DNA from: Cloacimonetes bacterium SCGC AAA252-N17
Lineage (GTDB): Bacteria > Cloacimonadota > Cloacimonadia > JGIOTU-2
Length of the DNA: 64,000 nucleotides
Assembly: GCA_000404785.1 (NCBI GenBank)
Contig: ASNI01000006.1
Location: 3,037-67,036, forward strand
Direction of reading: 5' to 3'
Of this stretch, positions 59,410 to 64,000 are shown piece after piece (positions within the stretch are counted from its first letter, which is position 1; every line of letters begins with the position of its first letter). A program made the translations under genes and the position numbers. The notes beneath the pieces were generated by a model. That model saw nothing but the letters and a program-made list of their open reading frames with translations, did not search any database and was not told where the DNA came from.

Positions 59410-60696
59410 ATGGAAGAAATAACGATGGCTTTTAAGATCATATTAATGGTTGTTTTTCTTGCACTTTCAGGATTTTTTTCATCCTCGGAAACAGCGATAT
59501 TCTCACTTTCCAGAATGTATCTTAAGAAGCTTGAGAATTCAAAAAAATGGTCGAGCAGATATGTTCCCCAACTTCTCAAACATCCTCAGCAGCTTTTGAT
59601 CACAATACTTCTTGGCAATACAATTGTGAACGTTACTTTTGCTTCTATAGCTGCAATGATGGCGCTTAATATCAGCCATTCCATACCGGGCTTTTCTACA
59701 GCTCTTGCACTAATAATAGAAATTTTTCTTGCAACAATGATCATACTCATTTTTGGTGAAGTCGTTCCAAAAGTCTTTGCTATCCAGTATGCTGAAAAGT
59801 ATTCGACTTTGGTCGCACTACCTGTTGGATTTTTTAAGATCATTCTATTTCCGATAGTTAAGATTTTAGAACTTTTCTCTAGTATTTTTACGAAAGGAAC
59901 AGATCATGGTTTGCTGGATTCCAATATAAAAATCACTTCTGATGATATAAAAAGCATTGTCTATGATGAAGCTCCAGACTTGGTTGATATTCATGAAGAA
60001 GAACGGGAGATGCTGAACAGCGCCTTCGAGTTTTCAGATACAAAAGTGAAAGAGATACTCACTCCAAGAATTGATATTACTGCAGTTGAGATAGAAGATG
60101 GCATTGAAAATCTTATTTATGTGATAAAGGAAAGTGGTTTTTCCCGCATTCCGATATATCGTGGAACAATAGATAACATTATCGGCATGGTTTATAGTAA
60201 GGATATCATACTGAACCTCGGCTCTCAGATGCGTATAAAAGACCTTATGCGAACATGCTATTTCATTCCGGAAAATATGAAACTGAGCTTCATTCTGAGT
60301 TATTTCAGAAAAAATAAGATCCACATGGCAGTTGTGGTGGATGAGTATGGCGGCACAACCGGCTTGGTTACACTGGAGGATGTGCTGGAAGAGATTGTTG
60401 GGGAAATTCTCGATGAAACAGATGTTGAAAAGATAGAGATCAAGTCCATTACAAAGAGCGAATATATTATTGATTGCTCGATCGATATTGACGATGTTTG
60501 CAAGAAGTTCGATCTGGAAGTCGATGATCAGTATGATAGTTTTTCAGGTTTCCTGTATCAGCTTTTTGGCAAGATACCTCAAAAAGGTGAAACTGTTATT
60601 TTTAAGGATAAATATAAGTTTATTATCGAGTCCATTGACGGACAGCGAATTACAAGTGTACGCCTGAATATACTGCAACCACAAAATGAAGAATAA
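59410..60696 (+). CDS. HlyC/CorC-family CNNM-CBS-CorC protein
   Basis: [56 protein letters not shown]. Confidence 0.93.
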   Translation: MEEITMAFKIILMVVFLALSGFFSSSETAIFSLSRMYLKKLENSKKWSSRYVPQLLKHPQQLLITILLGNTIVNVTFASIAAMMALNISHSIPGFSTALALIIEIFLATMIILIFGEVVPKVFAIQYAEKYSTLVALPVGFFKIILFPIVKILELFSSIFTKGTDHGLLDSNIKITSDDIKSIVYDEAPDLVDIHEEEREMLNSAFEFSDTKVKEILTPRIDITAVEIEDGIENLIYVIKESGFSRIPIYRGTIDNIIGMVYSKDIILNLGSQMRIKDLMRTCYFIPENMKLSFILSYFRKNKIHMAVVVDEYGGTTGLVTLEDVLEEIVGEILDETDVEKIEIKSITKSEYIIDCSIDIDDVCKKFDLEVDDQYDSFSGFLYQLFGKIPQKGETVIFKDKYKFIIESIDGQRITSVRLNILQPQNEE

Positions 60697-61423
60697 GTTC
60701 CGGCTGATTTTATTTATTCTGATCCTACCCCTTGTGTGCTTTGCAGAAAAAACAGTCTGTGAATATAGTGTTCATTATGCAGGACTTCCTGTTGCACTCG
60801 TAAAGATCACACTGGATAGCACAGATTCATTACAGACTATTGCGCTTGAAAGCACCTCAAAAGGATTTGTCTCAGCACTCTTTTCTATAGAGAATACTTA
60901 TGTGAGTTCGTGCAATAATAGTTTTTTACCTTTCTATTTCTGGAAAACGATTTGCCAGCAAAATGTACAAGAAAAGAAAGTTGTTCTCTTCAATCAAAAA
61001 GAGGGTAGTATTGTTGTTCGAAATGTTTTAAGTAGTGAAGTCGATACACTTCGATGCGATAACCCAATTCATGACATTGTAAGCATGACCTTTTCACTGC
61101 TTTCTGATGTGCCGAAGCAAAAGTACTATACCTGTTATGGCAATTATCGTATCTGGCAGTTAGATGCAGAAAAGTCAAAAACAGTGACTCTCAGCTTCCA
61201 GAAGAAAAAATATGAGTGCTTTGAGTACGAGATCAAATCCGAGATTAAGTACGATTCCAAGATTGATTCAAAAACCGATATACTTACTAATAATATTTTT
61301 AAGAACAAGGGAACGACCTATTACTGGGTCAGCAAAGAAGCACCGCATTTGTTGTTAAAAGCAAAATATAAACGTTTTCCCTTCAGTATATATTTGTATA
61401 TGATTAATATCTATACACAATAA
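60686..61423 (+). CDS. DUF3108-like secreted protein
   Basis: Signal peptide; Y.V.YAG..VA, HDIVS, YWVSKE...LLK. Confidence 0.55.
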   Translation: MKNKFRLILFILILPLVCFAEKTVCEYSVHYAGLPVALVKITLDSTDSLQTIALESTSKGFVSALFSIENTYVSSCNNSFLPFYFWKTICQQNVQEKKVVLFNQKEGSIVVRNVLSSEVDTLRCDNPIHDIVSMTFSLLSDVPKQKYYTCYGNYRIWQLDAEKSKTVTLSFQKKKYECFEYEIKSEIKYDSKIDSKTDILTNNIFKNKGTTYYWVSKEAPHLLLKAKYKRFPFSIYLYMINIYTQ

Positions 61424-61486
61424 TTTTTCAAACACATTTTTTTTCAAAACTTGACACATTAATAAACAGCTTATTTTTCTAAAAAT

Positions 61487-61876
61487 ATGAAAATGGGATT
61501 CAGAATCGCTCTTATTATATGGACAATTCTTATGCTGACATTGTCCTCTTTACCGAATTTTCAAGCGCCGAACCTCTTTCCTAAATTTTCTGATAAAATC
61601 GCACATTTGATCGAATATGGGATTTGGGCTACTCTTTTCCTTCTGATGTTGAAACATGAAGACAGGATCAAGAACCTCTGGAGCGTCTTTGTTACTGTGC
61701 TCATTTGCGGAGGTATATTGGGTATTTTAGATGAAATTCATCAACGCTTTGTATCGGGTCGTTTTATGGATATTTATGATTTCTTCGCTGACGTGATAGG
61801 CATTACAGTTGCGATAATTATCTTCCGCATTTTTTACAGAAAACCACGATATTATATTCCTGAAAGAAAAAAATAA
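61487..61876 (+). CDS. VanZ-family membrane protein
   Basis: DKIAHLIEYG, LDEIHQ.FV.GR..D..D..AD..G. Confidence 0.9.
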   Translation: MKMGFRIALIIWTILMLTLSSLPNFQAPNLFPKFSDKIAHLIEYGIWATLFLLMLKHEDRIKNLWSVFVTVLICGGILGILDEIHQRFVSGRFMDIYDFFADVIGITVAIIIFRIFYRKPRYYIPERKK

Positions 61877-61898
61877 ATAATAGTTTTACAATAACATT

Positions 61899-63173
61899 AT
61901 GAAATACCAGGCACCACGCGGAACCTATGATATTTTGCCGGAAGATATTAAGAAATGGCATTATATTGAGAACATCATAAGAAAACTTACATCATTATAT
62001 AATTACTTTGAAGTTCGTGTCCCAATTTTTGAACAGCTCGAACTTTTTCAGCGAAGTGTGGGTGAAGACACAGATATCGTTGAAAAAGAGATGTATGCTT
62101 TTAAAGATAAGAAAGGACGTGAACTTGCTCTCCGACCTGAAGGTACTGCTTCGATAGCGAGAATGGTAGCAGAACACAATCTTAAATCATCAAAGAAAAA
62201 ACCTCTGCGCCTCTGGTATGAAGGTCCGATGTTCAGATATTCAAGACCTCAAAAAGGTCGGTACAGACAGTTCTATCAATTCGGTGTGGAGTGCATAGGA
62301 TCGTCCAATCCGATTGTAGATGCAGAAATTATTGCCATTGGCTGGCAGATACTACAAGAAGCAAAAGTGCCGGATGTATCTCTTGAGATCAACAGTGTGG
62401 GCTGCCCTGAATGCAGTAATGATTATAATATTTTACTGAAAGAGTTTTTATATAAAGATAAAGATAAATATTGTGCGGACTGCCAGCGCAGAATGGATCA
62501 GAATCCACTCAGAGTGTTTGACTGCAAGAATAATAGCTGTCGGCAACTCATAAAAAATGCACCACGCATGTTGGATAGCCTTTGTGAAGAGTGTGCCCTG
62601 CATTTCGAGGGTGTGAAGAATAATCTGGAAATGATGAAGGTGCCCTTTAATGTTAATCCTGAAATAGTCCGAGGATTGGATTATTATACAAAAACTGCAT
62701 TTGAATACAAGATCAATTATCTTGGAGCGCAGGACGCACTTGGTGGTGGCGGAAGGTATGATGAACTGATCGAATATCTTGGTGGAAAGCAAACACCGGC
62801 AGTAGGACTCTCAATGGGATTGGAAAGAATAATCCTTTCTCTGGAAAAATCGGGCTTTTCATTCCCTGAAGAAAATATCCTGGAAGTGCTTGTTATTCCT
62901 ATCGGGACTTGTGCACTTCAGGCATCCATCGAGATGATACAGGAACTTCATAAAGCAGATATTTCTGCAATAATAGCGGATGAAAGTTCATCTGTGGGAA
63001 ACAATTTAAAGTTTTGCGACAAAAACAATGTGTCTTTTGCTGTATTGATCGGCGATAACGAGCTGAAATCAGGTATGTATGTAGTAAAAGATATCAAAAA
63101 GAAAGCTCAATCAGAGATTAAAAGAGAAGAAGTTGTAAGCTTCATAAAAAAATATCTGAGTGGGGTAGTATAA
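61899..63173 (+). CDS. hisS: Histidine-tRNA ligase
   Basis: PRGTYD, LRPEGTA, GRYRQFYQFGVE, VRGLDYYT, GGGRYD. Confidence 0.97.
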   Translation: MKYQAPRGTYDILPEDIKKWHYIENIIRKLTSLYNYFEVRVPIFEQLELFQRSVGEDTDIVEKEMYAFKDKKGRELALRPEGTASIARMVAEHNLKSSKKKPLRLWYEGPMFRYSRPQKGRYRQFYQFGVECIGSSNPIVDAEIIAIGWQILQEAKVPDVSLEINSVGCPECSNDYNILLKEFLYKDKDKYCADCQRRMDQNPLRVFDCKNNSCRQLIKNAPRMLDSLCEECALHFEGVKNNLEMMKVPFNVNPEIVRGLDYYTKTAFEYKINYLGAQDALGGGGRYDELIEYLGGKQTPAVGLSMGLERIILSLEKSGFSFPEENILEVLVIPIGTCALQASIEMIQELHKADISAIIADESSSVGNNLKFCDKNNVSFAVLIGDNELKSGMYVVKDIKKKAQSEIKREEVVSFIKKYLSGVV

Positions 63174-64000
63174 TGATACTGGTAACAGGTGCAGCGGGTT
63201 TTATTGGTTCACATCTCGTGGAGCAACTTCTCAGTAAGGGTGAAGTGGTTATTGGGCTTGATAATATAAATGATTTTTATGATGTTGCATTAAAGCAACA
63301 CAATCTAAAACTGATTAAAGAACGCACTCAAGCAGAAAAGAATTTTACCTTTATTCGAGGAGATATCACTGATATGGCGTTGTTACAGATACTTTTCAAT
63401 GAATATGATATCAATAGTGTGATCCATTTCGCAGCAATGGCTGGAGTGCGACCCTCGATAGAAAATGCACCATATTATCAGAAGGTGAACATTGAAGGGA
63501 CACTGAATCTGCTCGAATGTTGTAAGGATCATAGTATTAAGAAGTTTATTTTCGCCTCCTCATCATCGGTGTATGGAAATAATGAGAAGATACCTTTCTC
63601 TGAAGATGATCCCGTTGAAAATCCGATCTCTCCCTATGCAGCGACTAAAAAAGCAGGTGAGCTTTTCTGTCATACATATCATTATCTCTATGATATGGAT
63701 ATTGTTTGCTTGAGATTTTTTACAGTGTACGGTCCTCGCCAGCGTCCTGATCTTGCGATCCATAAATTCTCTCAGTATATCATACATAAGAAATCGATAC
63801 CCTTTTATGGCGACGGTACTACCTCCAGAGATTACACCTATATTGATGATATAATCGATGGTGTTATGAAGGCATTTGCATGGCTCAAGAAAAATAAAGG
63901 TGTATTTGAGATCATCAATCTGGGCAATAATGAGCCCATAACACTCGAAGAGCTTGTAAAAGAAATTTCGGATAATTTTGAATACGAAATACTTACTAAT
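63173..64000 (+). CDS. NAD-dependent epimerase (UDP-glucuronate 4-epimerase-like), runs off the window end
   Basis: ILVTGAAGFIGSH, HFAAMAGVRPSIEN, ASSSSVYG, SPYAATKK, RFFTVYGPRQRPDLA. Confidence 0.88.
   Translation, partial: MILVTGAAGFIGSHLVEQLLSKGEVVIGLDNINDFYDVALKQHNLKLIKERTQAEKNFTFIRGDITDMALLQILFNEYDINSVIHFAAMAGVRPSIENAPYYQKVNIEGTLNLLECCKDHSIKKFIFASSSSVYGNNEKIPFSEDDPVENPISPYAATKKAGELFCHTYHYLYDMDIVCLRFFTVYGPRQRPDLAIHKFSQYIIHKKSIPFYGDGTTSRDYTYIDDIIDGVMKAFAWLKKNKGVFEIINLGNNEPITLEELVKEISDNFEYEILTN

Noticed and set aside
1069-63787. Numerous short antisense or alternate-frame ORFs overlapping called genes
   Set aside because: They are shadows of well-supported genes, with no motifs.

Overview
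This is an AT-rich window from a diderm bacterium. The gene content suggests a Cloacimonadota-like sediment lineage, but I could not verify that. Almost all genes lie on the + strand, in three zones. (1) 1-9.6 kb is a toxin-antitoxin island: three HepT/DUF86 genes, four minimal nucleotidyltransferases (MNT), an AbiEii-type pair, a second nucleotidyltransferase pair and VapBC. These genes are interleaved with nested palindromic repeats and one IS5-family element. (2) 10-54 kb is a large Wzx/Wzy surface-polysaccharide locus. It encodes GDP-perosamine, nonulosonate and dTDP-3-amino-sugar pathways, a LicD-family transferase, an ACP/acyl module and an unexpected fused B12-dependent glutamate (methylaspartate) mutase coupled to an ATP-grasp ligase and a GNAT. 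(3) 54.6-64 kb holds housekeeping genes: LysM protein, pgpH-like, ybeY, corC-like, hisS. Throughout the window, small genes (five four-helix-bundle genes, a GxxExxY nuclease, a GIY-YIG nuclease) each sit between their own family of inverted repeats. Orphan and nested copies of those repeats also occur, in some cases inside coding sequence. All protein calls come from motif recognition only; no database searches were run.
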